A DNA stretch of 64,000 nt from Eledone cirrhosa (taxonomy: Eukaryota): positions 35,340,001 to 35,404,000 of the forward strand of contig OZ024747.1 of the NCBI GenBank assembly GCA_964016885.1. The letters run 5' to 3'. Each line of letters opens with the position of its first letter. The first letter of the stretch is position 1. This document shows positions 12,941 to 26,883 of this stretch, piece after piece. A model generated the notes under the pieces. It ran no database searches. It worked only from the letters and a program-made list of their open reading frames with translations, and was not told the origin of the DNA. A program made the position numbers and the translations under genes.

Positions 12941-13010
12941 TATTTTATTATGCGCATTTCGAAAACAACATCATCCAGGGACAAAAATTGTGTTCTCATC
13001 AGATAAAATA
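12941..13010 (-). ncRNA. Intact minimal type I hammerhead
   Basis: TATTTTAT-CTGATGA-GAAcACAAT...GTTGTtTTC-GAAA-T[GCGC]A-TA^ATAAAATA; perfect 8-bp stem I. Related copies with GAAA>CAAA at 22060-22129 (+) and 24983-25053 (+). Confidence 0.85.
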
Positions 13011-13181
13011 GGGTAACATGATTTGAGACCTAAAAACACTTGTAAACAAGAAAGTGTGCAGTCAACATTTGACAAAAATATGAGAAGAGAAAAAATAGGA
13101 AAAATGAAGAAAAGGAAAGAAGAAGGAAACATGAAAAACAAATAGAAGAGGGAAAGAAAGAAAGAAGGACGAGAGTGAAAT

Positions 13182-13238
<57 letters not shown>

Positions 13239-13540
13239 TTTTGATCGGGAACGCTGTCCAAAAATGAATAACGGCTTAAAAAATATATAAATAATAAAAT
13301 TTAAAAAATATATAAAAATAAATAAATAAATAAATAAATTGATGACTTGAATGAGCTAATATAACGAATATTAGATGTTTAGATTATATAATCTGGGTAT
13401 ATTATTTAATATTGAGTTTGAATACTAAAAATTGGATTAAGAAGTGTAAAAATGTATTAATAAAATAAAATAAAATAAAATAAAGTAAAATAAAATAAAG
13501 TAAAATAAAAATAAAAATGAAATTAAAAATAATAATAATG

Positions 13541-16500
13541 ATGATTTCATTTATTAGCCACAAGGGCCGACATGTAGGGGACAATACAAAGACAGGGACA
13601 GTGGGGGTTTACAATAAGGTCGAGTAAAAGTGTACAATGGCAAGACTAATTTAACAATGAAAATATAAAAATATAAAATAAACTATGCATAAATATAACA
13701 AAATAAATTCCCCGATAGGGGGTGGACGAACCTGGGGTGATTCGGGTACCCCACCAATCCTGAACCACCCTGCGCTTCTAGGGCATCCAGGAGAGCACCC
13801 CTCTCCTCAAGTTAGCCAGCCTATAGTCGCATGGTCAGAGTAGGCCCATTCACACGAGCCATTCTCGCCACATTCACCCACCTTTTAGCAAATGTACTGG
13901 GGGGGGGGGACTTCACTCTCCACCCTCACCCTCCTTTCTAGGTGAAACTTGAAGAAGTTGATGAGGGAATGGCCGAAGAGAAAATTGTCTGTCTTTAGTC
14001 CTTTCAACCTGGTCCACCATATAATCTCTTTCGCAACTGCCACCAGACAGAGGAAAATGTCCTGCTCTTCCTGACCTAAGGAAGGTGGCGGCTCCATCTT
14101 CACTATGGACTCGGCCGATAGCCGGATTCGTTCCACACGCGACAGTAGCTGTTCGACATAACTCCACAAGTCAGTAATGCACGGACATTGGACAAGTGCG
14201 TGCAGAACGGTTTCGTCGTTCTGTGCTCATCTTGGGCAGGTCCGTCTGACAGCACTTCCGTGCCTGTAGAGTTTATCCCGAGCCGGCAGTACCCCCCGGT
14301 AGCACTGCCAAACGAGGGATTTCTGGAAATTGTCCATCGTCCCCGGCTCAAAAGTCCTCCGGTACAGACTGGTCAGTTCGACTTCGTTGAAGCCAAAAGC
14401 TTCTCCGAGTGCGTCATCGCACTTGCCCACCACTAATCCTCTATAGATCTCGAGAGTGGAAGTTTCACTGATCACATTGCCCGCTTGGTAGAGGGCAGTG
14501 AGTGCCTGGCAACAATCCAGGTGCCAGTCAACCAGTCTCGGTCTCTTCTTGATCCAGGACTGCAGCTCAGTCAAAGAAATGAGCTGCGGAAAAGCCCGTC
14601 TGATAAACGGCGACCACACCTGTTCACCATTGAGGCAGAATATCTGGAGATGTCGCAGCCTCAACGCATGTCTGCGCATCATTAGACACGGCATGCCCAG
14701 CCCTCCGCGTTGAGGGTGCTGGCAGCAGATGGACCGCCTCACCAACGGAACTTGTCCCCTCCACAAGAATTTGAAGAGGAGCCGTTCCAACTTGACGAGG
14801 CGCGGACGGGGCAAGGCACGACGGTTAGGCGGTAGTAGATGACGGGCGCGATGTACGCATTCGCCACCTCCGCGCGACCTTTCAGTGATAGCTTCCTCCC
14901 AGCCCATTTTTGGGTGAGACTGGCTACTCTGCTCGTTACCTCGTCCCAATTCTTTTCCACCTGGAAGTCTGGTCCGAACCAAACCCCGAGCAACTTTAGT
15001 GGTCCGTCCGTCCAGCGCCCCACGACGCTGTTGGACGGCACGGGCTTGTCTCTCCTTGTTCCGAGCTGCAAGTCCACCGACTTTTCCGGGTTAAGTTTGG
15101 CTCCTGTCAACCTTTCATATTCCTTCAATAAGGTGCCGACCACCTCGATTTCTGAGGTGTTCGACACCGCCTTTCCAAGTCCCGGTTCGAGCGGGATGCC
15201 CTGCAACAGCTCCAGCTTCCGCAGTAAAGGCTCGAGAGTCAATACGTACAGAAGGGAAGAGAGTGGGCACCCTTGACGGACCGATCGGGAGAACCGAAAT
15301 GGTTCCAAGAGGTGGCCATTAACCTTGACCACCAAGCGTGTGCCGCTGTGAATTACAACGATCCAGCTTCTAAAGACAGGGCCGAAGCCAGCTGCTTTGA
15401 GGACAAACTCCAGATACAGATGGTCGACCCTATCGAATGCTTTCGATTGATCTAAATTGATCAGTGCCCCACCGAAGCCAGGTTTACAACCTACCCTCTC
15501 TATGATGTATCGCATGAGGTGGAGATTGTCGTGTATGGACCTGGCTGGGATTGCGCAAGTTTGCGCCTCCCCAACCAAATCCTCGACGACAAGCGCCAAT
15601 CTATTTGCTAACACCTTGGCCAAAATCTTAAACTCTGTGTTGAGCAGAGTTATGGGCCTGAAGTTGTCTAATGTATCCCTCTTGTTCTCGTCTTTCCTTA
15701 TCAGCGTCACCACTCCCCTGCTCACAGAACTGGGAATACTCCCATTCTGCTGCCAGTTACAGTAGAGTGCTTCGAGGAGTTCGGAGAACAAGTCTGTTAT
15801 ATTTACGTAAAGCTCGTAGGGCTCATGCAGCCGACAAGGTCGTCCTGAATTTCGGCTGAAGTAATCGGCCTTTCGCAGCACTCAGCGTCGACCGTCGAGA
15901 TGTGCGGCAAGCCGTCAAGGTAGGGAATGAAATGCGCTACTCTTTCTGACTCGCCACTCTCCCTGAACAACCGAGCAAAGTGCTGGCGAAAGGTCTCACA
16001 CATCCGCTTCGTCTAACTAATCTACCAGCTCCCCCTCCTTTCTATTTTTCTCTAACGCTAGTTCTTTGCTGAACTCTATCGAAGTTACTCTAATCTCTCT
16101 TTTGAGAGCCCCCCACCATCTGTTGTTGATGATCCCCCCTGTCAACTTTTGCTTAACTAACTTGTTGACTCGGTCCCTGTAAGCCTTACGTGCCGGAAAT
16201 GACATGTTCAGCTTCCATCCAGTAACCGGTCCTAACCTACGCGTTTTATTTAGGTCGACCGTACAGATCACAAATTTGAGATCTGAATAGGCGACCGTTT
16301 TAAAAAGTGGACAGCCCACACTATTTCTATCTATTTTCCTAATGAAGATTCTGTCCATATACGATGTAGATGACACAATTCGGTTGGTCCATGTCCATAC
16401 TGGCACACTGGGGAAATCTAGTCGATACCTGTCAGACAGTTGGAACTGGCTGAGTAGGTGCTTGAGGCTTTTGCACCCCCCGCTCCAATCGGCTACACCT

Positions 16501-19145
16501 ACACAATCCCAGCGTGCGTCTAAGATGCCATTCCAGTCCCCCGCTAACAGTAAAGGGCGAGTCGTACCCAGAAAGGTCTCCAGGCGCCTAAAGAAGCCAG
16601 GTCGTTCGGCCCCTATAGGGGGGGGGTAGACGGCCAGCAGTCTAAAGGCACCACCTTCGCTACTGCTCACATCCAAGACCACCTACTTACCGTCCGGGTC
16701 CCGGAAGATCGACCTCACCTCGAGATCCAGTCCTTTCCTAAACAGCACTGCCACCCCACCCCCCATTCCCGGCCTGCTAACAGATGCGAAGATCTGATAG
16801 TCGTCGAAAATGGGGGCTAGTGCGCGCGTGTCGGAAATTCTGGTCTCGCTTACGGCAACCACATCCATTTCCAGTGACCGGAGGTCGTTGAGCAGGCGAC
16901 CCTGATTCCAGGGTGACCCCAGGCCGCGAACATTTAAACTTCCTACTCTTAATATGGCCATATTGGTAAGCTAAGAGAGAGAGAGGGAAGGTTTACTTAC
17001 CTCCAGAATCTTGTGAAGGTCGGGTGGTTCGACCTCCATGGTAGGTGGGGTTTCTTTTGGGAACCCCTTTAAAAGTCTTGATGTGGGTTTCACATTCGGG
17101 TTTCCCACGTCTTGAGGAGAGCTCGCTCGAATTTCTTTGAAGGAATTGAGTGACATTCGGACCAGAAGCAAATCTTCTGGCACGCAAAATGTGCTCATTT
17201 CAAAAATCTCCCCCTCTGTTTGAATGTCCTCGCTTCGTGCTAAGAGGGCCATCTGTTTATCTTTGGCCCTTCTGACAAGCACGAAGTTTTTAACATTTTG
17301 TTGGTGTGGTTTTATTTGTTTTCGTTTTGGTGAAGGTGGTGGCGATGGTTTTGGTGGTGTTGTTTCGGGTATCTGTATGTTTGTTGTAGGTGTGGTGTCT
17401 GCAATTTCAGGTATTTGTGTGTTTATTTCTACTTGTGTTTGTATAGGTTGTTTGCGTTTCGGGGATTGTGGAGGTGGTGTCGATGTTGCTGATGGTGCTG
17501 ATGTTATTGGGGAAGTGTTTGCGTTAGTGGTGTCTGTATTTTTTATCGTGTGTGTTTTTGTGTTTTGTTGGGGCTTTTTTTATTGTGAGTTTCCTGTTTT
17601 TTTGCACTTTTGGGTTTTCCTTCATCTTCGCTGCTGGAAGACAAAGGGTCTGTGTCTGTGAGTGTCTTTGTGTCTGTGTGTGCGTTTATTTTTGTTTTGT
17701 CTATGTGTATAATTGGGGGGGGGGGCTTTCCTCCATTTCTCCTTGGATTGGTTCTGGTGTTGGTGGTGATCCGGCTGCTTTTGATGTTGGTGTCCGTGTT
17801 TTTGTTGATGTTGTTTTTGGTGGTGGTGCAGCTTTCCGTGCTGACACTGGCGTTGGCAACAAAGGAGGTTTGCGACCCCCTGCATTTTTGCACTGAGGGC
17901 AGAAGGCTTGAAGATGTGTTGCTTCCCCGTAAACGAAGCAGCGTGGCCTTCTTCCATCAATCATTAGTTGGATTGTTGTCCTGTCCTGCAGGCGGGCACA
18001 ATCTGGGATGTTATTCATATCCTCCGGTTTCATTTGGTGAAGAATCTCCAAATCCATTCCGGACCAGTCCTCTCTCTCTGTCCTTTTGATGTCCAGGAGG
18101 GTGGTGCCTGTCCCCCCCCCCTCGATTACGCATCCCAGCAGCCACCATATGTTCATTCCTGGTGGGATGCTGGGAATACGTACCTTCACTGTCCTTTTAC
18201 CCATATAGGACGGATGCATGATAATGCGTTCCGTTCTGCTGGGGGTCACCGAGTGCTCAATAGCGAGGGCATTGGTTTTGAACAGTACCTAGATTGTACC
18301 GAACTGTTTGCCTCTTGCTTTGTACTCTATGTTACTTCCGATGTACTCCAAAGCAGCCTCTACCTCTGCTTGGCTCGCAAGTTCCCCTTTTCGTGTCTGC
18401 ACCGAAATACATCGAAAGAGCACTGTCCTCCTTTGCATGGCCGCTATTGCCTCGTCCGGCATGGTCAGGTTTGCCCAGGACTTGTCCCGTTTAATTAGCC
18501 TCCACGCTTTGGCCAACTGTTCGTCTTTATCGCTAATATCAATATCAATATTCAATAAGCGCTTTGTTTTTGCTGCTGCTGCAGCAAATGTGGTGTTTCT
18601 GATGCTCTTATTGTTGTTGTTGTCATTCTTGCTGTTGCCACCGCCATCCTTGTTTACATTGAAGCTGTCGGTGTTATTGTCGTTATTGCTCTGAATTGTT
18701 GTTGTTGTGGTGGTGGTGGTGGTGGTGGTGGCGGTGGTGGTGATGTCGTTTTCAGATGATACTGCTGCTATGGCAGAAGGTTGTGATGGTAGCTTTTTAG
18801 TTTTGCCTTGACATTCAGTAGAGTGGATAACAGGCATGACTGTAGCCGTCGTAGTCGTGGTGAAATCTGCAGAGGCTGCCTTTAAACTTTTGACCTGAAC
18901 GTTGTTTACCGTTTCAAGGTCGAAACTTTCCATAATTTTTTTTGGTGAGGAAGCGATTTTTTCGAAGTTTTTAAAAAATAAATCTGAATATTCGGGTTTA
19001 AAGCCCGAATATTAAGAGGTATCCCTCTCTTTAAATCAAGATGTGTACCTTAAGTTTCGTTAATGACAAGAAAATACAAAAAAAGACACTTTAAAACAGC
19101 TTAAAGCTACGAACCTTTTCCCCCGCAGACTTGTCTGTCTTCACA
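13541..19145 (-). mobile_element. Near full-length L1/Tx1-like LINE, subfamily A, copy 1 (inactive)
   Basis: ORF1 remnant ~17000-18933 with a decayed CCHC knuckle (CFVYGEATHLQAFCP). ORF2 remnant 13821-16961 has APE (SLNVRGL, SETR, GDWN), RT (FRPITLLN, DQSKAFDRV, QGCPLS) and C-terminal CPR...HLxxC. AATAAA plus ATC/ATT tail. Confidence 0.95.
13821..16961 (-). pseudogene. ORF2 (APE endonuclease-reverse transcriptase), disrupted
   Basis: Split over ORFs 16683-16961, 16017-16682, 14739-15881, 14227-14982 and 13885-14169; the YADD segment is deleted. Confidence 0.9.
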
Positions 19146-19749
19146 CATTTATTCATTTATCTATTTATGAATAATAATAATAATAATATTTATAGAAAAG
19201 GGGTTTTTTAAAAATAAAATAAAGTAAAATAAAATAAAATAAAATAAAATAATGTAGACTAGAATAAAAAAGTCTAGAATAATAAATAATAAATAATAAA
19301 TAAAAATAAGAATAGTCCATCTATGTCAAAATTAAAAATTACTATTAAACATGTATATATGTGGGGTACGTGGTGGATACAATAAAGTACTAGTAATGCA
19401 CTGGGTAATTACAGGACTGTGCCAAAAGTAGAAACAATTATTTTAATATATTATATCAACAATTAAATTAAATAAATCTCTAGAAAGGTTTAAACTTAAA
19501 CAGACATATGACGTCATAGATTGTTTACAAAATCTACGAAGGTTTGAGCGAAAAAGTTAACGTCAATAGAGAAAGAAGGTGAAAGGCTAAATAATGCATA
19601 GAAAAGGGGATTAGTACATTGTAGAATATATGAAATATGTGAGAAAAATGTGTGAAAAGATATGTGTAAATAAATATCTCTAAACAAAATTATATGTGTA
19701 AAAAAGATTAACCGTTATTCGTAGAATAAGTGATATGACATTAGCTGTA

Positions 19750-21030
19750 TACTTTGTGAAATGTCTTAAAAGATTTATGAATACAGATAGCAAATAAGTC
19801 CATACGTTTATTTATTAAAGAGTTTAAATTCAAGATAATGGTAAATTTTTCAGCTAGACATACATTAGAGACCCTAGATATTGAAGCGTTGGAGGAAGGT
19901 AAAGCGTTGCAAATGTTGCGCCAAGAGATTTCTTAATTAATGTGTTTGTCTTTTAAGGAACAAATAAGTTCTGAGAGTGCAGTGTTGGTCCTTTTAAGTA
20001 GATATTTAAATGTAGAAGAATGGTTATAGAGTCTTGCTTTAAAAGAAGTAGACGTGGAGCTAATGTAGGTATAGGTATTGGTACAAGTTACCACTTTACA
20101 TTCATATATTAAGTTTTTCTCGAGACAGAAATTACTAAGAGGACAATTAGTTCTAATAGGGCAGCTGCGTTTACGATGAAGATTATTAACAGAGTAAATA
20201 ACCAGTGGCCCAGGATTATTTATAATAGCAACTGGTGTGGTGGAATTCACTAAAGGAGGTGCTAAAGTTTCCAGATTTACATTACTATTTGAAGCATTCG
20301 TCAAAATTACGTTTGACGTCGTATTTATATTTAAGTCATTTTGCCTAGAGTTTACATTGACGGCGGGCCTTAGAGTGTTATTATTATGATTCTCATGGTT
20401 GGATGTATATGAGCTATTATTTAATATTTTAGAAATATGTCTAGAGATAATTTTTGAAAAAGTTGGAAGTAGTGGAATATGAGAATTTAATGGTATGCTT
20501 ATTGAAAATCTTGCTATAAATATGTGAAGGGAGGAAGCTGTTATCTAAAGCCCTAAAAAAATAATTTAGGGATATTACTAATAAGTGAAAGAGAGATGGG
20601 AGCGTTGTACCAAAGGATATTTTTATATCTATGTCTCCTCTTTATGTTACTGGTATGCTTATAACTAGCTACAATACTATAAGTTCTCCCAAGATTAGTA
20701 TCGTTAGTGTATTTAATTTTGTCTGGATATCAAGCCCTAGATAACGCATTATTATAGTAGTTGGCATTAGCATCGAATATATGTTTATTAGAAGATGAAT
20801 TTGAAATTCTATTTTCAACACTTCTGACTATAGCAGTTTTAACATTATTAGGGTGGTTTGATTTAAAGTTAACATAATTTAGGTTCTCGTTATCCTTATG
20901 GTATGGGTAATATAGGCTGGTATCTAGATTAAGGGATATATCTAGGAAATTTGCTAATTTATCCTTATACTCAAATTCTATTTTTAGGTTAAAATGGTTA
21001 AATAATTCAAACTGTTTTCTCCCATGTTTC
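19750..21030 (-). pseudogene. PLE RT thumb plus GIY-YIG endonuclease remnant
   Basis: ANFLDISLNL...YHK...YVNFKSNHP (20730-21032); CPLSNFCLEKNLIYECKV...YISSTSTSFKARLYNH...TALSELI (19933-20304). Confidence 0.85.
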
Positions 21031-21558
21031 ATTATTTTCTACAATGTATTAATCCCCTTTTCTATGCATTATTAAGCCTTTCACCTTCTTTCTCTATTGG
21101 CGTTAATTTTTTCGTTCAAACTTTCGTAGATTTTGTAAACAATCTATGACGTCATATGTCTTTTTACGTTTAAACCTTTCTAGATATTTCCTTTATTTAC
21201 TTGTTGATATAAAATATTAAAATAATCTAATACTAAACCCCACTTATATACATTTTTAATAGTCATTTTTAATTTTGACATAGATGGACTATTCTTATTT
21301 TTATTTATTATTTATTATTCTAGACTTTTTTTATTCTAGTCTATCTTATTTTATTTTATTTTATTTTACTTTATTTTTAAAAAAAAACCTTTTTTATAAT
21401 TATTATTATTATTATTTTTAATTTAATTTTAATTTTTATTTTACTTTATTTTATTTTACATTATTTTATTTTACTTTATTTTATTTTATTTTATTTTATT
21501 AATACATTTTTCCAATTCTTAATCCAATTTTTAGTATTCAAACTCAATATTAAATAAT

Positions 21559-21747
21559 CGTTTCTACTTTTGGCACAAGGCGAGCAATTACCCAGTTCAT
21601 TACTGGTACTTTATTTTATCGACCCGGTAAGGATGAAAGGCAAAGTTAAGCTCGACGTGATTTGAACTCAGACGGTAAAGGAACGAAACTATACAGGAAA
21701 TCATGGCATCCGACCCTCTACCAATAGTGCCAATTCACCGCATTATA
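21559..21747 (-). mobile_element. SINE with a 15-bp target-site duplication
   Basis: TCAATATTAAATAAT at 21544-21558 and 21748-21762; the other PLE arm has the empty site (~13400). Confidence 0.9.
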
Positions 21748-22200
21748 TCAATATTAAATAATATACCTAGTTTATATATTCTAGACATCTAATATTCGTT
21801 ATATTAGCACATTCACCTCTTCAATTTATTTATTTATATATTGTTTTAGCCGTTCTTCATTTTTGGATAGCGTTCCCGATCAAAACTATCTCTCTCTCTC
21901 TTTCTCTTTCTCTCCCCTCATTCTTTCTTTCTTTTTCCTCTTCTATTTATTTTTCCTTTTTCTTTCCTTTTCTTCATTTTCCCTATTTTTTCTCTTCTTT
22001 TATATTTTTGTCATATGTTGAATGGACACTTTCTTGTTCACAAGTGATTTTAGTCCTCATATTTTATCTGATGAGAACACAATTGTTGTCCCAGGATGAT
22101 GTTTTTCTCCAAATGCGCATAATAAAATATATGGTACTTCGTTAACCATCTTTTAATTCCTTCTTTATATATATAAATATTCATCTATATATATTCCATT

Positions 22201-22575
22201 CTAGGGAGGGTAAAATTCGCGAGATCCATGGACGAGTTCTCTACAGAGGTCTCTGTCCCTCATTATTGCTGCCATCTCCTGCGTCTCCAAAAGACCAGTG
22301 TCTGTCCTTAGGGCATCAACATACTTTAACCTTGGTCTCCATCTTCCAGTGTGTCCATGTAGGGGCTCCCAGAGGAGCACTGCGTGCAATGTCAACTCTG
22401 GATGTCGGTGAGCATGTCCAGCTAACACCAGTCTCCCAGGTGTCACTATTGAGCTGACTTTTGGGAGGCTCCCATACAGCTCTGAGTTTTTCATCCTCAG
22501 TGTATAATGATTAATGTTCAGAGCCATTCTCAGCATTCTCGTGGGCTCATCCGACTTGTTGAAGAGTTGAGGGCA
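22201..22575 (-). mobile_element. 3' end of an RTE-clade LINE
   Basis: RMLRMALNI...NSELYGSLPKVS...RLVLAGHAHRH...LLWEP.HG...RPRLKYVDAL..DTGL...MRDR, a typical RTE-type C-terminus. Confidence 0.8.
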
Positions 22576-22606
22576 ATTGCAATATCTACTCATTAATCTA
22601 GAATTC

Positions 22607-22761
<155 letters not shown>

Positions 22762-22962
22762 TTAAGGATACTATTTATGGTTGTGTATATACTAAAACCT
22801 TTTATAGTTATATATATATTTTAAACCCTAAACAGTGAAAGACAGTAATTTATTACTACCTTATTACCAATAAGATAAATAGCTCAACGTAACAACATCA
22901 GTAGTTCTACAGAGCAGTTATATAGAAAATACATAAATCAAAGTTCTGTTTAAATCATTTAT

Positions 22963-23011
22963 TTGCTTAGAATTGTTTCTTGCAAACCGAGGTTTGGAGT
23001 CTTCGGAGCAA
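22963..23011 (-). ncRNA. Hammerhead-like motif with a CCGAAGA core
   Basis: TTGCT-CCGAAGA-ctcCAAAC[CTCG]GTTTGcaa-GAAA-CAATTC-TA^AGCAA; 5-bp stem I; homologous to 53603-53654. Confidence 0.65.
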
Positions 23012-23429
23012 TTTTTCAATGATTTTTTACACCCTTGACCTCCTTTCCAACACAAGAGACATATAGAAACATATGTATATATTGATGCACAGCGTGTTGA
23101 CATCCATTATAATAATATAGCATGGTAATATACATACAAAGATTAAAGACATATTAAAGGACAAAATTAAAGTTAAAATACAACATTGGCAGTTTACGAA
23201 GATAAAGCAAGAGGATAGTTTGAAGTAGTTAGTGTATGCAATAGTTACACGTGGGGCATGCACGTGTGTCTTATTTATATAAGATTATAGTGCGGCAGGG
23301 TTTTACATGTAATACAAGCAGTTTAAGCAGGCAATCAAGAGTATTATGGGGGTTGTATTGGTAAAGTATTTTTATGTATGATATAGAAGCATGTGTGTAG
23401 AGAGATATCAAAAATATTAAAAGTATTAA

Positions 23430-25181
23430 AAGTGAGAAGCAAAACAACGCCACGGTCCTCGCATACACCACGATTTTCACAATCCAGAAACTATTATTCC
23501 TATCTTAAATAACTTCTCCAATCCAATTTCTTCTATAGATAACACTAGGTCACTTGTTAATAACTCTGTTAATTTCTCTAATCGCAATTGTAATTGCCCT
23601 GTTAAAAATAAATGTCCTCTCAACAACCATTGTCTTGAAAAAAACGTAATCTACGAATGTAAAGTTATAACTGACACCGATTCCTTTACCTATTTTGGCT
23701 CCACTTCCACCTCCTTTAAAGCTCGTCTTTATAATCATCATTCGCCTTTTAAATACCAACTTTAAAGAACCAACACGGCACTCTCAGAACTCATATGGTC
23801 CTTGAAAAACAAAAATAGTAACTATAACATTTCTTTGAGGAAGGTTTGTTCTGCTTCTCCATACTTGAATGTTTCTCTCTCCAAGACATGTAATCTCTGT
23901 TTATGTGAGAAATTTACCATTATATCTAATTTATATTCTATAATAAATAGACGCACTGATTTGTTTTATCTCTGCTTGCATAAATTCCACAGAACATTCC
24001 CTAAAGTATGCAGCTAATATCTAATACTTTACCATTTTAAAATCCTTTTCTCAAAGGCACATATATATATACATATATATTTCTTTAAAAATATACCCAT
24101 CGTTCTACCTTATTTCAATGTTATTTATTATATATTATATAATACTTGTTACTCATTCTATATCACTCCTATTTATCACTTCCCTTTCTTTCATTTTTTT
24201 CCTTTTTTCTGTTAATTTCTAAGCTCTAATATGTACCTTTTCTTCCTAGATACTTCTCAATTCTCATTATTAATCACCACAATATATCCTTACCCTTTTA
24301 AATACTTTATAATATCACCTTAAAAAATCCTTCGTAAACATAAACATTTTTTTGACGTTAGATTATTCATCCTCAATTCATTATTTTTTTCTCCCTTTCA
24401 TGCTCATCTAACTTATACATATTACACATATTCATCCATTCATCCACTCTTCTACTTCTTTTCACAATATATCCTTAATTACATTACTATTGTTATATTT
24501 TTATATTTTTAATAATACATATCAACAATTTCTTTCCATCGCACATATTGTTAAACCCTTAAATATTACTCTTAATACATATTAACAATTTCTTTTCATC
24601 GCACATATTATTAAACCCTTCAATATACAAACCTTAATTTAACATTATTCTTAAATTTTTCTCTTCGTTAATTTTCAAATTCTTTTAATTTATGTATTAT
24701 CTTCCAACGGTTTTTTAACCTCTCTATGTAAAACAATATATTTTTCTCAGTTATAAAAGCTATCTCTCTGTCCCTATCACCCATCTCTCCTCCTATCTCA
24801 TCTTTCCTTATTATACTCCTCCCCCTCCATTCTTTACTCTCATCTCCTCCTCTTTTTTATCCTCCCCCCCCCCCCCTCAATTTTTTTCCAAATAACACAG
24901 ATCAATCTAAAACTACTTTTCATATGTTGATTTAAAACTGCACTATTCACAAGTGTTTTTTAACCTTCATATCATGTCTCCCTATTTTATCTGACGAAAA
25001 CGCAAATGTCATCGCATGATGATATTTGTTTTTCAAATGCGCATAATAAAATACATTGAACTCTTTTAACCATCTTTTGATCTTATATATTATTTATACT
25101 CCAGTCCTACAAACTGTAGAGTGCTACTTATCCGATATCTGCATTGCTTTATTGTACTATAATAAAAATCACCTCCTACAA

Positions 25182-25182
<1 letters not shown>
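23430..25182 (+). mobile_element. PLE 3' fragment: GIY-YIG remnant (~23575-24017) plus terminal repeat with a hammerhead at 24983-25053
   Basis: CNCPVKNKCPLNNHCL.KNVIYECKV...YFGSTSTSFKARLYNH...TALSELIWSLK...CNLCLCEK...CLHK; related to the 19750-21030 family; ends at (TA)n. Confidence 0.85.
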
Positions 25183-25246
<64 letters not shown>

Positions 25247-25922
25247 TAGACAGAGAGAGAGAGGAAGAGAGAGAGAGATGGAGAGAGAGTGTGAAATAGA
25301 GATAGATATGTGGAGAAGAAGAGAAATATTTCATATTCTTCAACTCATACTTTTAAAGCGGCATATATTTAGCTAAATTTCTGATGACTTCATTTCTCTA
25401 TCTATTTACTCTGATATGTTCTAAGACGAACCTTCATTTTTATTTTTATTTATGAAACACATTTTTGTAGTTTTTACCATTTTGAATTTAACCTCTAATT
25501 AAAATGACATTATTTTTAAAATATAATTTTGGTTTGATCTGGAGATGCTACCATTTTTATTTTTATTTTTGCGAAGGAAAAAAAAATGATTTTTCCAAGA
25601 AAAAAAATATGGTTTCCAGTTTTAATTCATTCTAACGTGCCGATGATTTAATGAAATAAATATTAAAGAAGGTGGGAAAGGAATGTAGACTCGCTTCGTA
25701 TCGTATCTCGTGTGGTCTCATTTTGCTGGCTGGTTATGTTATTGGATTTGCTGATGGGTGTGTATTTTGCCTCACTGACTCGCTTTGTAGGATATGTTGG
25801 TTGGCATGCTCATATTGAGAATAAAGTGAGGCAAAGATGTGATTTCATTTTCTCATACCTTTCATTGCAAAACTTTATTTTCCTATTTCTCTGTTCAAAT
25901 AAATCATTATACATCTCTCTCC

Positions 25923-26095
<173 letters not shown>

Positions 26096-26399
26096 CGTGT
26101 ATATATTTTGTGGGAAGTGTGTGCATGTATCTATACTTTAGAAGTTAAACATTTTTCTTTCGCGTTTGTATAGATATGAGTTTAAGATGAATGAGGCTAA
26201 AGAAAGAAAATAGACAGAGAGTGAGTAAATAGTGGAAGAAAAAGTGAGAACGTAAAGAAATATTGATGAAAAATATATCCAACAATATGAATATATTGTA
26301 TAAAAGAGAATATGTTATATACAAATATGTAAAGCAGGGATGTATGTGAGATGTGTAAACGTTCGAGAAGGACGTAAATAACAAAATAAAGAAATTAAT

Positions 26400-26587
26400 G
26401 TACACAGACACACACACACATACACACAGAGACACATACACACACACGTGCACACACACACTCACACACTCACAGCCACGAATATACATGTGTATATATA
26501 TATATATATGCATATATACATACACACGTACATATATATATATATACATACAAACACATGTATATATATATATATATACATTTATAT

Positions 26588-26635
<48 letters not shown>

Positions 26636-26701
26636 TTATATACACACACACATATATATATATACATATATATATATTTATATAGATATAAATATATATA
26701 A

Positions 26702-26750
<49 letters not shown>

Positions 26751-26818
26751 TATATCTATGTATATATATATATAGTATATATATACATATGTATATATAT
26801 ATACATATATATATATAT

Positions 26819-26882
<64 letters not shown>
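26400..26882. repeat. Compound (CA)n/(TA)n microsatellite
   Basis: Seen directly. Similar tracts at 7196-7267, 11490-11565, 12755-12819, 22610-22758, 25925-26092, 51005-51156, 53062-53160 and 53934-54288. Confidence 0.95.

Positions 26883-26883
<1 letters not shown>

Larger units (their letters stand above)
12820..22185 (-). mobile_element. 5'-truncated PLE with an inverted terminal repeat, interrupted by a Tx1-like LINE and SINEs
   Basis: Coding remnant at 19750-21030. The 3' repeat (12820-13540 plus 19170-19640) is mirrored in inverted orientation at ~21025-22180. Confidence 0.85.
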
